Positions 25,411 through 37,684 of a stretch of 64,000 nucleotides of DNA are shown piece by piece. The stretch covers positions 38,936,001 through 39,000,000 of the forward strand of contig OX597831.1 of NCBI GenBank assembly GCA_951406725.2, written 5' to 3'. A model generated the notes under the pieces. The model saw nothing but the letters and a program-made list of their open reading frames with translations. It was not told the DNA's origin and searched no databases. A program made the translations under genes and the position numbers. Numbering within the stretch: the first letter of the stretch is position 1; each line of letters starts with the position of its first letter. Source of the DNA: Octopus vulgaris (taxonomy: Eukaryota).

Positions 25411-25724
25411 TCGATTTCATTCTGATATATTTTCTTGTTCTTTACGTTCAAAATTTAAATCCCACTGAAATCAAGGTTCCTTCACCTCAGCTGGTCTGTA
25501 AGTCAACGTACCAGTCAAGTACAGGAATCTATGGTACCAATTTGCCCAGTCCCTTCAAAATTGCTGGCCTTGTACAGGAAATTAGAAAGAATTATTATTC
25601 AAATGGCAGAAAATGCCACCAGCGGATAGAATCGTTAACGAGTCAGAAATAGAAATACTTTGCGGCTTCTCTTCGGCTGTTTCGGTTCTCAGTTCTGATA
25701 CGGTCAAAATTGTCTTTCGTCCTT

Positions 25725-26137
25725 TTGTTGTTGTTTGTTCCTTCTCGAACCATGCTTGGCTCATAAGGGTCGGTTTCCCGGTTTCTTTGGCGTATAGGTT
25801 TCCCACCTAGACGGGACGCCGGTCCGTCGCAGGTGAGCTGCAAGATGCAGGATGAAAGAGTGAGAGAAAGTTGTGGCGAAAGAGTCAGTAGAAGTTCGCC
25901 ATTACATTCTGCTGGAGTCGCGTGGATGGTTATTATTTGATGGTTAAGGTGGCGTCCTGGCAGAGTTGTTAGCAGACCGGATAGAATGCTTAACAGCATT
26001 TCGTTAGTCTGTACGTTCTGAGTTCAAATCCTGCCTAGTATTTCGCTCATAAACACACGCATCGCCCGGTCTGAGATTCGAATCCGTGATCTCTCGACCG
26101 CGAGTCTGCTGCTCTAACCACTAGGCTATGTGCTTCC
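25725..26137 (-). mobile_element. SINE family C (V-domain-like tail), interrupted at 25930-26039
   Basis: Matches the uninterrupted copy at 53940-54227; CCTGCGACGGACCGGCGTCCCGTC motif. Confidence 0.85.
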
Positions 26138-26441
26138 TTTTGTTGTTGGTATAACAAAATACAAGTTGAGCACTGGAATCAACGTAACCGAGTTATCCAT
26201 ATCATTAAAATATCCCTGGCTGTGTATTCTTATTATGATTACTGACCTTATGCCAAAATCTGAAATCATTATTACAGCTAAGCAGGAGGAGGCAGAATCG
26301 TAAGCGCATCGAACAAAATGCTATCTGCATTCTGATTAAAGTAAGTACCAGTTATATACTGGGGGTCCATGTAATCGAGTAAACCCCGCCCTCTGATAAC
26401 TGATAGCTTTGTGCCAAAATTTGAAACTATTTCTAATAAGA

Positions 26442-26735
26442 TTATTATTTGATGGTTAAGGTGGCGTGCTGGCAGAGTTGTTAGCAGACCGAATAGAATG
26501 CTTAACAGCATTTCGTCCGTCCGTACGTTCTGAGTTCAAATCCTGCCTAGTTTGAATTTGCATTTCATTCTTTCGAAGTCGATATAATAAGCATCAGTTA
26601 AGCACTGGAGTTCAAATTCCGTCGAGGTTAACTTTGCTTTTCATGCTTTCAGCGCCGATACAATAAGTATTAATTAAGTAACTGGATCGATATAATCGAT
26701 TTACCCCAGTCCTTGAGCTTATATTAGAAAGAATT
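26442..26735 (+). mobile_element. SINE family A, degenerate and partly duplicated
   Basis: Head plus two core segments. Confidence 0.7.
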
Positions 26736-26764
26736 ATTTTGGGTGGCGGAATGATGGTGGCATT

Positions 26765-27105
26765 CCATCAGATACGATCAACGGAACAGCCTGCTCGTGA
26801 ACTTAACGTATAAGTAGCTGAGCACTCCATAGACACGAGTACCCTTAACGTGGTTCTCGGGGTAGATTCAGCGTCATACAGAGCGTGACAAGAATGGTCC
26901 TTTGAAATACAGGTACAACAGAAACAGGAAGAAAGAATGAGAGAAAGTTGTAGTGAAAGAGTACAGCAGAGTTCGCCACCACCGGAGTCATGTGGAGCTT
27001 TAGATGTTTTCATTCAATAAACACTCACAACGCCCAGTATGGGAATCGAAACCGCGATCCTATTACCGCGGATCCACTGACCTAACCACTGGCCAATGCG
27101 CCTCA
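26765..27105 (-). mobile_element. SINE family C with an alternative tail
   Basis: C head and core joined to CTGTATTTCAAAGG..GGCTGTTCCGTTGA, a tail also found on the family D copy at 56645. Confidence 0.85.
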
Positions 27106-27179
27106 ACAGTGGAATGATAGAGATATTAGTGCGTAATTTTTTTTTCTTGTGGTATTTGATTCATTGTAGTAGTAGTAGT

Positions 27180-27672
27180 AGTAGTTGTTGTTGTTGTTGT
27201 TGTTGCTTCTTCCAGTCAGGACTCACGCCATTAGCCACAAAGAATAATCTCTAATTCGAGTATATTATAAGCTACAAAGAATGTGTGTGGCAACTTGAAG
27301 ATCCACCCACTACACGTAATAGACAGGCGGTTACACGGGCGCGAAAGCTTCGTTGTTATACTCATTCGTAAACGGTGGGAGGAGAGCCGAACAATCCTGG
27401 GGTACAGAGGATTCGCAATCTAGACTAGGGTCTGAAAGTTTACCACACGATAGTGGGTTACACCATGGTTCCTCTCCTTTGTGGCAGAAGTAGGAAGAAA
27501 GAGTGAGAGAAATTCGTGGTGAAAGAGTACAGCGTGGTTCAAAACCTTCTATCGCCAGAGCCTCGTGGAACTTAGGTGTTTTGCTCAATAAACACTCACA
27601 CTGTCCGGTCTGGGAATCGAACCCGCGTTCTTACGACCGCGAGTCCGCTGCCCTAACGAATGGGCCATTGCA
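27180..27672 (-). mobile_element. SINE family C with the long tail
   Basis: Reverse-complement match to 16381-16820; ends GAAGAAG(CAA)n. Confidence 0.85.
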
Positions 27673-27852
27673 AATCCACGGTCGTTGTTGTTGCGTCTAT
27701 GTCGTGACGAAAATTCAATGAAGACTCGATGTGGATAGCATGAAAAAAGCTATGTAGGAGGTAAGATTTGAAATGAAATGATTTATCTCTACACTTAGCA
27801 GTTAAAAACTCTGCGAAATAATGTAAGAATGTGTATGAGTGTGTGAGTGTGA

Positions 27853-28760
27853 TGCCTCGGTTAAGACCGAGGGCTGGAGAGGCGTAACAGTGGAACTGAA
27901 CGTGCAGGCAGAGAACGAGGTACTGGTGGACCTGGCGGAAAGCATCAGATTGGGAGACGTGATCATGAGAGAGTGTGGGTGGAGGGCAGAGCTCCACGTT
28001 GTTACAAGTGTGGCCTGAGGGGTCACATAAGAGCCTACTGCCCTCCCCCAGTGAAAGAAATGGATTCCGAACCACAGAGAGAGAAGCAGAAACCAGAGGA
28101 GAAGGAGACAGTAGAAGAGGAAGAGAATTCACAGGAATGGAAAGAAGCTGGGAATAAGAGGAAGAGAAGAATACGAGGAAAAGAAAATAACATAGAACAC
28201 CAATCCACCCCAACACCACCCACACCCTCTGAGACCCACCCTATCCCTGCAGACAGTGAACCCACCCGCTCCCCTCCAACAAGAAAACAAAAGAAAAAAA
28301 TTAATACAGACAGACAAGAGATTGAATTTGATATCAAGCCGAACATTTGTACTATGACAGAACAGAAAGAAGTTAAAAGGCTAATGGAAGAGTATAAATG
28401 GTATGAAGTTGGTGAGACTAGGTATGCTGTGATTGAAAAGAAGAGAATAGATGAGTGTGAAAGGGAGAATTGGGAGGTGAAAGATATAAGAATGAGCGAT
28501 GAATTCGTGGAAAATATGGAGGAGTATTTCGGAGTAAGAATGGATATGGAATTTATTCGTATTGGGAAAGAACATTCAAGTGACGGTGAAAACCAAAGGA
28601 CAGGTAAGTGATGCTAACGGATGGGGCCTTTAGCATCGCTTTCATATTAACCTTTTTTTCATGTAACAATTCATCCTTCATAAATTTAATTATAATGTTC
28701 TATGTCCCCATGTCTTGTAATGTCCCCTCTTCGTCGCCCCTAGTGGGTAATAAAGAAATA
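27853..28760 (+). mobile_element. 5'-truncated ORF1-only non-LTR retroposon with a 20-bp TSD
   Basis: GTATGAGTGTGTGAGTGTGA at 27833-27852 and 28761-28780; CCHC ORF; 3' end GCCCCTAGTGGGTAATAAAGAAATA. Confidence 0.8.
27854..28611 (+). pseudogene. gag-like ORF1 C-terminal half with a CCHC zinc knuckle (one frameshift near 27970)
   Basis: ASVKTEGWRGVTVELNVQAENEVLVDLAESIRLGDVIMR / VWVEGRAPRCYKCGLRGHIRAYCPPP (CX2CX4HX4C), then open to TGA at 28611. Confidence 0.8.
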
Positions 28761-29013
28761 GTATGAGTGTGTGAGTGTGAGTATGTGTAACTGTTTGTGT
28801 GTGTGTTTGTGTACGTGTGTGTGTCTGTGTGCATCAGTACAAATGAGTGTTTGGTGTGTGACTGTGGGTATGTGTGCGCGATCAAGGGTGTGTGTTCATG
28901 CGTGAACACACATTCATATATTTTTACATACGTACATAAATAAACGTGTGGGTGTGGGTGTAATTTGCCTATTCACATAAATATATACATATATGAATGC
29001 ACACACACACCAT

Positions 29014-29061
<48 letters not shown>

Positions 29062-29067
<6 letters not shown>

Positions 29068-29430
29068 CTTTACTACCCACAAGTGGCTAAACATAGAGGG
29101 GGCAATCAAGAACAGAAAAACGGCCCCAGTGTGTAACTGGTACTTGATTTATCGACCCCGAAAGGATGAAAGGCAAAGTCGACCTCGGCGGAATTTGAAC
29201 TCAGAACGTAACGGCAGACGAAATACCTATTTCTTTACTACCCACAAGGGACTAAACACACAGAGGGCAAACAAGGACAGACAAACGGATTAAATCGATT
29301 ATATCGACCCCAGTGCGTAACTGGTACTTATTTAATCGACCCCGAAAGGATGAAAGGCAAAGTCGACCTCGGCGGAATTTGAACTCTCAACGTAACGGCA
29401 GACGAAATACCGCTAAGCATTTCGCCCGGT
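29062..29430 (-). mobile_element. SINE family A dimer
   Basis: Junction AAAGAAATA|GGTATTTCGTC at 29228/29227 on the minus strand. Confidence 0.9.
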
Positions 29431-29849
29431 TTGTATGTATGTTTGTGTGTGTATGTGTGTATTTGTGCCTGTAAACTCATTTTCTAAACATATGTATTAA
29501 TACCACAATATATCATAACACTTTATAGCGCAACAGATTACTTTCCATTATTAACCCCACTAAAATGTATCAGTTTCTCTACTGATAATATTTATCCAAT
29601 TCTGTAAATTTTCAATTATTTAATACACCTTTTCAATATTTATCATAGCAACAGTTAAAGAATATCTTCTCGCTCGCGTAAACCAAAAGTAAAGAACAAT
29701 TAAAGCTTGTTCAACTTTTTTAACGTAATATCTCGGTCTAAACTTGACAGTTTGTATAAAAGAATAAGGACACACACTGCCTCATATAAAAGCAAACGAA
29801 TGTTAAAAAAATATCAAAATATCTCGTCTAGATTATGGCCGGGAGAAAA

Positions 29850-30310
29850 CAGTTTTCTCAAAGTAGCCGCCCTTAGCTTCCAACACTGCCTGAAGACAAA
29901 ATCCAAACTCGGTGCATGCGTTCCCCAACGTGCTCCTGGCAAGATCTTCACCACCTCTTTGCTCTTGGTCTCCAGCTCGGCCTTGGTGTACAAGTAGAGT
30001 GGTTGGTGCCTTTCTCAACCGCGGGCTGGTGAAGTCGTGGGAATTCTTCGACAGCCACCTCTGAATATATCGGGAGGTATTGCAAGGATCCTAATCCTGC
30101 TACTACAGATATGCTTTTGTAGAAGCAAACCCTCTCCTAGCAGGAATTGACTACAATCTCCAGCAGTTTCACATAGTGGTCAGAACTGAGCCTAAGACCC
30201 TGTTCAAAGACGTGGGCAAGAAGCCCGACGCGGGGACGCAGTTAGAACGCCTCTCGTGTCCTTTCCGGCTGGCTACTGCTTCGTAGTCACTTTTGCAGCT
30301 GCTCCGAGTT
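29850..30310 (-). pseudogene. Tc1/mariner-superfamily transposase remnant
   Basis: QQD, QRWLSKNSHDFTSP and EDLARSTLGNAC..LQAVLEAKGGYFE. Confidence 0.65.
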
Positions 30311-30329
30311 CAGCTTGTGCGAATGTTTA

Positions 30330-30401
30330 CTACTCTAGACCCGGGTTGACCAAAGCCTTGTGAGTGCTTTGGTATACGTATACACACACACACACATGTA
30401 C

Positions 30402-30434
<33 letters not shown>

Positions 30435-30645
30435 CATATGTCTTTATGTCTCCTTTTGTCCCATCACCACCGCTTCACAACCGGTGTTGGTGTGTTTCTG
30501 TCCCCTAACTTAGTGGCTGGGCAAAAAGACAAATAAAATATTTATCAGGCTTTAAAAAAGAAGTACTGGGTTCGATTCATTCGACTAAAAATTCAAGACG
30601 GTGCCACAGCATGGCCGCAGTCTAATGACTGACACAAGTAAAGGA
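30330..30645 (+). mobile_element. SINE family B, 5'-truncated
   Basis: GACCAAAGCCTTGTGAGTG core and CAGCATGGCCGCAGTCTAATGACTGA tail. Confidence 0.75.
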
Positions 30646-30747
30646 TGCATACGGATACACAAGTATTACACATTCATACATACACACACACATACACACA
30701 CACACACATACATACATACATACATACATGCATACATACATACATAC

Positions 30748-30864
30748 ATGTATGTATGTATGTATGTATGTATGTATGTATGTATGTATGTATGTATGTA
30801 TGTATGTATGTATGTATGTATGTATGTATGTATGTATGTATGTATGTATGTATGTATGTATGTA
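30748..30864. repeat. (TATG)n microsatellite
   Basis: Direct reading. Confidence 0.95.
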
Positions 30865-31069
30865 TTAGGGTTGGTCCGTAGTTATTTAACAAAAACATCT
30901 TTAAATGACGGTCTGACAGCCTGCCAAGCAAATTGGAAGCAGAAAAAATTGAAGTAGATGGTGAATATACTCCGGAATAATCATTTAAGATGTTTTTGTT
31001 ACATGTTGTTATTGTTTCCTTTGAATAAAATTTGTTGAAAAAAGCCGCAGTAATTATGCACCAACCCAA
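30865..31069 (+). mobile_element. Internally deleted mariner (MITE)
   Basis: TA|TTAGGGTTGGT...ACCAACCCAA|TA termini; retains the transposase end IEVDGEYTPE*. Confidence 0.75.
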
Positions 31070-31122
31070 TACATATATACATATATATATATGAATGTGC
31101 TTTCTCTACATCAATTTATAAT

Positions 31123-31160
<38 letters not shown>

Positions 31161-31557
31161 TAATTTTTCTAGCTTATGTCGATAGAAAGCGCTAATTTTA
31201 TAAATGAAGATTTACAAATGACTATGGGATGTTAATCTTGTGTGATATATCGATTTCAGCGGGATATGAAACATGAAGATTGTAAATGTTGTGAAATATA
31301 AAATGTCAAATCGTTATATTGTAAGTTTACCTGATAAAACCATAGTAGTGTAGTCCACCATAATCTGGATTTATCATTGGATTTAACTTAGTAAGGAGAC
31401 GTTTGGTTATAAGTTTTGTGTTTAGTGAACATTCGAAGCCTCTTATGAAAGTCATCGTTTGTGTGTTAGCATTTATTCAAAGTAAAACATACAAATCTTA
31501 TAAATTTTGGCGTCATTGGCGTATGGCTTGTTTTGGGTCAATATATTTCTAAAAGAA

Positions 31558-31810
31558 GGCGGCGAGCTGGCAGAAACGTTAGCACGCCAAGCGAAATGCT
31601 TAGCAGCATTTCGTCTGTCTTTACGTTCTCAGTTCAAATTCCGACGAGTTTGACTTCTTTGCCTTTCATCCTTTCGGGGTCGATAAATTTAGTACCAGTT
31701 ACGCACTTAATCCCTTTGTCTGTCCTTGTTCGCCCCTCCCCTCTATGTTTAGCCCCTTGTGGGCAATAAAAAATAACGAAACGTTAAGACACCGAGCGAA
31801 ATGCTTAGAG
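31558..31810 (+). mobile_element. SINE family A (long tail) plus the start of a second head
   Basis: Consensus match. Confidence 0.85.
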
Positions 31811-31972
31811 ATTCTTTTTTCTTTTTCCTTTGAGATGCAGTTTTGACGGCAATGGCTGTGTGGTCATCATGAAAATTCTGTAGTTAATTTAAGTTTAGCA
31901 TTTGTTGGGTTTGTAAAGGTTTTACCTGTGAGTTTTACATAAGCAAAAGGGGTAGATGAAGCTGTTTTGTTT

Positions 31973-32284
31973 AAGTATATATGTAGTGACTTTGATTTTT
32001 AATTCTGTTAAAGAGGGCCAGGCTGGAAGCATTCTCCAGAACCATGATTGATTTGGTAAGAACACGCCACCTTATCGATGGCCACTCACCCACCGATTCA
32101 AATTAATCATGGTTCTGCATCCACAACAAGTATATATGTAGTGACTTTGATTTTTAATTCTGTTAAAGAGGGCCAGGCTGGAAGCATTCTCCAGAACCAT
32201 GATTAATTTGGTAAGAACATGCTACATTATCGATGGCCACTCACCCACCGATTCAAATTAATCATGGTTCTACATCCACAACAA
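31973..32284. repeat. Tandem duplication, 2 x 155 bp, each unit with an 18-bp inverted repeat
   Basis: Units start at 31973 and 32128; arms AGAACCATGATTAATTTG / CAAATTAATCATGGTTCT. Confidence 0.9.
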
Positions 32285-32339
32285 AATTCGCTTTTTTAAA
32301 GTCTGTGCGAAATGGGTGTCAAGAGAGCTTACTGAATTG

Positions 32340-33081
32340 CATAATAGCAATCCTTTGGAGATCTCTCAGTATCTACTCGACCGCTACAAAGACAAAGACG
32401 AAGCTTTTTGGAGAGAATAGTCATAGAGCCAGAATCAAAAATTACAATATTCATAGAGCCAGAATCCAAATGACACTTCGAGCCATAATCCAAAATGCAG
32501 TAGAAACACTCGGAATTGCCAGCAAAAAAGAAATTCAACGCATCTCTCGGCCAACTGTCTTATTTTTCGAAGCAAAATGGCTTGTACGGGAGCATTACTC
32601 GGAAAAGGGCTGTACGTTCACGAGTGAAGGTTAGAGTTGAATGATGGCCAATAAAATGAAACCAACAATTCGCACCAAAAGCCGAAGTCCATTGTGAGTG
32701 CAAGTGTAATTGTTTCACGACAATGGACGATCAGATACGGCCGACCACACAGGAGAAACCATTGAAAATTGAGTTCCGAGTTTCTGAAACAGCTAGCATT
32801 CAGTCCAGGTCCGGCCTCTTCCGTCTATCACCCTTTTGGACGGTTCAGACATCTTTTACCAAGTTGTCGATTTTCTATGGAAAAAGATGAGCAGCAAGCG
32901 GGGGGAAATGGCTGCACAAGCAGCCAAACATATTCTTCCCCGATGGAATAAGCACGGTTGTCGACCGCTGGCAGAAGTGCATCGAAAAGCAAGGAGACCG
33001 TGTGGAAAAATGATGTAATTCTTCAACTCCTGCTGTTGTTTTAATAGATTACAGGAAAAAGAGTGCACATAATTTGTGGCT

Positions 33082-33088
<7 letters not shown>
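32340..33088 (+). pseudogene. mariner transposase remnant with 3' terminus
   Basis: LFHDNGRSDTA (compare HDNARPH), FSPGPASSVYHPFG (compare YSPDLAPSDYHLF) and VDRWQKCIEKQGDRVEK*. Confidence 0.8.
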
Positions 33089-33121
<33 letters not shown>

Positions 33122-33157
33122 CTTCAAACACATACACACATACTCCCTTTCTCTCAC

Positions 33158-33203
<46 letters not shown>

Positions 33204-33879
33204 CATAAGTAAGTACATATATACATACAATTATGCTTATATGAATATATAGAAGGAAAGGAAGATACGTAGTTTATTAAATAGATAACAATATCTATGT
33301 ACAGAAACTTTTACATACGTATGTATGTGTTTGTGTGAGTGTTTGTGTGCGTTTGTCTGTGTATGTCTGTGTGTGCGTGCGTGTGTAAGAGTGAGTAAGT
33401 GAGAGAGAGAGAGAGAAAGAAAGAAAGAAAGAAAGATATTGTTAGCGGGCATATGTTTATATAAAATTTATTTATTTTTCACTCTTTTTAAACTGTTGTG
33501 TGGGAAACTTGTCTGTTCAAAGTGATAGAATAATTATTTAGAACAATAAAAAAATAATATTCGACGCGATATAATATTATACAGTAAACAATACAAAACA
33601 GCTGTAAAATAAAATATCAATTCACATTTTCCATGAATGTTTGTAAGTGCGGATTCGAATTAGTCAGCGATATATCACAGGTTTTTAAATGCCAACGTAT
33701 ATAATAAGAGTGATGTTTTAAATATGAGTTTCTGTTTGAATATCACATACGTCTAGATCGAAGAATTTTGCTGTAGCAAACAAAGTGAGAGACAAAGTCA
33801 GGTTTTATTACAAGAAATGTCAAAAATAGTTACTGTTTTGGTTATAGAACATTCTGTTTAGCATGAGTTTCGTTTTTTT

Positions 33880-34193
33880 TATTATTATTTATGCACCCTT
33901 TTCAAGCCTAGCCAGGCTCATGGGCCCGGTTTCCCAGTTTCTATGGCGTATGTGTTCCCCCCAGCTGGACGGGACGCCAGTCCATAGCAGCGTTACTCAA
34001 GAAACAGGAAGAAAGAGTGAGAGAAAGTTGGAGCGAAAGAGTACAACAGGGGTCACTACCACCCCCTGCCGGAGCCACGTGGGGCTTTAAGTGTTTTCGC
34101 TAAATAAACACACACATTCCCGGTCTGAGAATCGAAACCGCGATCTTCTGACCGTGAGTCCGCTGCCCTAACCACTGGGCCATTGCGCCTCCG
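33880..34193 (-). mobile_element. SINE family C, full length, V-domain-like tail
   Basis: GGCGCAATGGCCCAGTGGTTAGGGCAGCGGACTC head; ATGGACTGGCGTCCCGTCCAGCTGG; (TAA) end. Confidence 0.9.
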
Positions 34194-34939
34194 AGTTTCG
34201 TTTTAGCATTAGCTAAATAAAGGTTTTTATTTGGATTACTGACCCTCTTAATGCAGTATAGCTTGAAGTATATGCAGCTGTCAGATTCGTAGTGTACAAA
34301 ATGGCTTGTAGGTAACTAGCTCTGTAAACTGCAATAGCTTGTAACTGTAAGCAATGACAGATGCAATACCTTCTAAATGTAGGTAGCTTGCCGAGTTCTT
34401 GTTTGTGATTTCAGTATTTCTGTCCTATTAATGCTAGTGTTCTCAGTGCTGCTTTGCTTATCTTGCAGTGAAATGACAAACGTGCAGCGTAACTTGAAAC
34501 AAGCTGCAATGAAGATGTGGTGTGTGTTGCGTAGCACGCAAAAACTTTGAACTTACCGACGTATCAGGGCTGAATGGTAACGACTTCTCTAATGATAATT
34601 GATCGTTTGCAGTGCTACATACATACTTTATATTGACCAGCTCGAGAAAACTGCCGTAATGTATCTCATTAGTTAAATTCCTAAGAACTCGTTGCACCTT
34701 ATCCGATAAGCTAGCTGTATAGCTACTTATTACGTCATTTGCCTTTCTCTGTCAAGACGTGATAATTTTATTGGCTGGTATATAAAGAGAAGCAATTTAT
34801 AAGCCATTGTTTTCGGTGGTGCTATAACGGCTGATAAATTTAGCTACTATAATTCTTCTGCATAAATAGCTTGCAGCATTGAAAGAGGATCCAATTTTAA
34901 AGCAAACTTGTCAGAAATAGCCATTGAGGTAATGCTACC

Positions 34940-35171
34940 TATTTCTTTATTACCCACAAGGGGCTAAACACAGAGGGGACAAACAAGGACAGACATAGGT
35001 ATTAAGTCGATTACATCAACCCCAGTGAGTAACTGGTACTTAATTTATCCACCCCGAAAGGATGAAAGGCAAAGTCGACCTCGGCGGAATTTGAACTCAC
35101 AACGTAACGCAGACGAAATATCGCTAAGCATTTCGCCCGGCGTGCTAACGTTTCTGCCAGCTCGCCGCCTT
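34940..35171 (-). mobile_element. SINE family A, full length, 16-bp TSD
   Basis: TTGAGGTAATGCTACC at 34924-34939 and 35172-35187. Confidence 0.95.
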
Positions 35172-35208
35172 TTGAGGTAATGCTACCGTCAACACTTGCA
35201 GCCCTGGC

Positions 35209-35303
35209 GAGAATCCCTGACACATGATGACATACAGTTGTCCTTCTTCATCTTCGAGAATCCCTGACATGTGATGACATACAGTTGTCCTTCTTCACCT
35301 TCG
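35209..35303. repeat. Tandem duplication, 2 x 47 bp
   Basis: GAGAATCCCTGACA..TGATGACATACAGTTGTCCTTCTTCA.CTTC occurs twice. Confidence 0.9.
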
Positions 35304-37615
35304 AATTCTTCTCTTACACAAGGAAGAAAAGGTAAAATCTGTTGCAAAAATTTATAAATGAGAAGTAGATTAAGAATACAAGACAGCAATACTCTCACAA
35401 AGCTGAAGGTTTGAAGATTTAACAAGACATGACGGACACCCCGGACTAGAAAGATTTGCTCGCGACCACTTGCACCATCACCACCACTAAAAGTTCCAAT
35501 GCCATCAGCACCACCAGCACCACCGCGGCAACAGCGACAGCTATAGAAAGCCATAAATTGTTATACGCACAACTACATCAACACACGAAAGAAATGGAAA
35601 ATAGAAAAATATTATATCTTGAACAAGAACGAAACGCAAAAAGAAATAGAAACATGATCGAGAACAATGAACGCAACAATATTTCCAAGTACCTATACAA
35701 GAAACTTCAGCTTTTCTGTTATGCGAAAAATCGACTACGACAACACATGGAGAAAATTCAAACAAAACAACAAAACGGCAGCAGAATATTTGCCGTTAAG
35801 AACATCACCAAACATATTTATAATAATAAAGGAAAAATTCACTTATCTCGCAGAAATGTTATGAAAAAAGCAGCCAAAAAGTCTGTTGAATGCCTTTCAA
35901 GCTTCCTCTATTCACCATTAATATAGGATTGCCTTTGCCAAATTTTCTGGTGTGGATAATTGTTCAATAAGCTGTTTAAATATTTGCTGGATTTCTTCGC
36001 ACTAGGAAGTGCCTCTATGTACTAAAGACCAACCATATCAGAAAAATTTTTTTGATCAAGAAGTTATCGATAACGTCTGGGGTAAGAGTCCCAGAAATAA
36101 TAGCTAACTTTCCTCCAAATCATAGCCTAAAGTCTTAGAAAAGTACGGAAAATTATGTATGACGTAGTCTTATTTATAATTATATAAAGATGAGATCGAC
36201 ATGATTGTTATTGCTTCGATTATAGATCTGTTTGCGCAATCAGAGTTGACCTGGGGTTAAATAACATCAACAACAATTCAACTACGACAACGACAAAAAA
36301 AATAACAACAACAACAACAACGATGAAAATCGAGTTTGATACCGGAAAAGTATGAACAAAAGAAAACTATAATGAAATTCCTTGGAGCATTAAAAATAAG
36401 CGAATTTATAGAAAACAGTCCAGACTCACCATATTTCGTTGGTGCAGTCGTTCTCAATTGGCTTTGACTAGCAAATATTGATAAACATCATAAATCTTTA
36501 TAAATACATAACCATATACATTATCTTATATTGAATAGAGGAGATATACAAAGAATTTTTCTATTATTGCTTGCAGACCGGAATATCAAATGAACATCAA
36601 TATGAATTGAACAATAAGTTTGTTTTAAATTTTCGTAGACCTGCGATAGGTCTGCAAACAGCTACGCTGCTATAGTGTTGGACTAGAGGTCATGATTTCA
36701 ATAATTCGACAGTGCAGTGGTTCTGCTTCTACTCAGGGCATCCATCGAACAAGGAAATACATAATCACGTGCAAACCTGGGTAAGATGCTTTTAGTGAGG
36801 CTAACTTTCTCCGCCATACATTTAGTTATGACTGTTTGTACATGCTATTGTTTAAACCGGTTGAAAAACCCAGTGTAATTTGCACTGTGTAATTTATTAA
36901 TTACTTCTGCTTGTAGATAGTAAATCAGTGAGCAAAGACTTTCCAACTTTAACCACACTCTCCTTTTCCAACGTGCAAACACCCTAGGTATATCTTTTTC
37001 CAACATGTAGTGAAAGCAGCTTTCTTTGCTTGGAGCCCTAGCATGGCCGTAGCCTTGGGCTGAAACATTTTTAAGGATTTAAGGATAGTATAAAACCGAT
37101 GTCTAGTTTTCGCAAAGTCCAACGTATCGGGAATGCCTTTACTTATGTGCAGTTAACCAAAGGTTCTATGATGTAGCAGAGAGATTTCTAACCGCACATG
37201 TGACGGCACCTACAAGCAGGTTCCGTCAATAGCTTCTGATAGTTCGTTGTACGACAAACGTCAAGCAGTTAATTTTCCTTACACCAAACTGAAGGAAAAT
37301 ACGTACCCGATCCCCAGATAATGCATCTATTATAAATGGACTGAATATTCAATAGGATTATTTGAAATTCATCTACAGAACACTGCAGAGTCAAGGGAAT
37401 ATGGAAATTGTGAAGTCATCCACCTCAGCAACTGTTATACGTTTTATTTTTAAAACTTATTCACCAAGTTCCACGAGAAAGCTTCCAAGAAATCTACAGA
37501 GTTGATGCGTATACGCCGCGTGTAATTCTCCTCACATTATACCATAGCGATCTTATAATGTGTGCGCATGCATATATGTGTGTATAATGTGTGGGTGTGT
37601 TTGTGTGTTTGTGTG

Positions 37616-37659
<44 letters not shown>

Positions 37660-37684
37660 AGTATGTATATATGAATATTTTATA

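Noticed and set aside
27973-28611. Host zinc-finger gene
   Set aside because: Bounded by a TSD and a retroposon tail, with an upstream frameshift.
35456-35926. 156-aa ORF
   Set aside because: A-rich and low complexity with no motif I can recognise; possibly decayed TE sequence, but unsupported.
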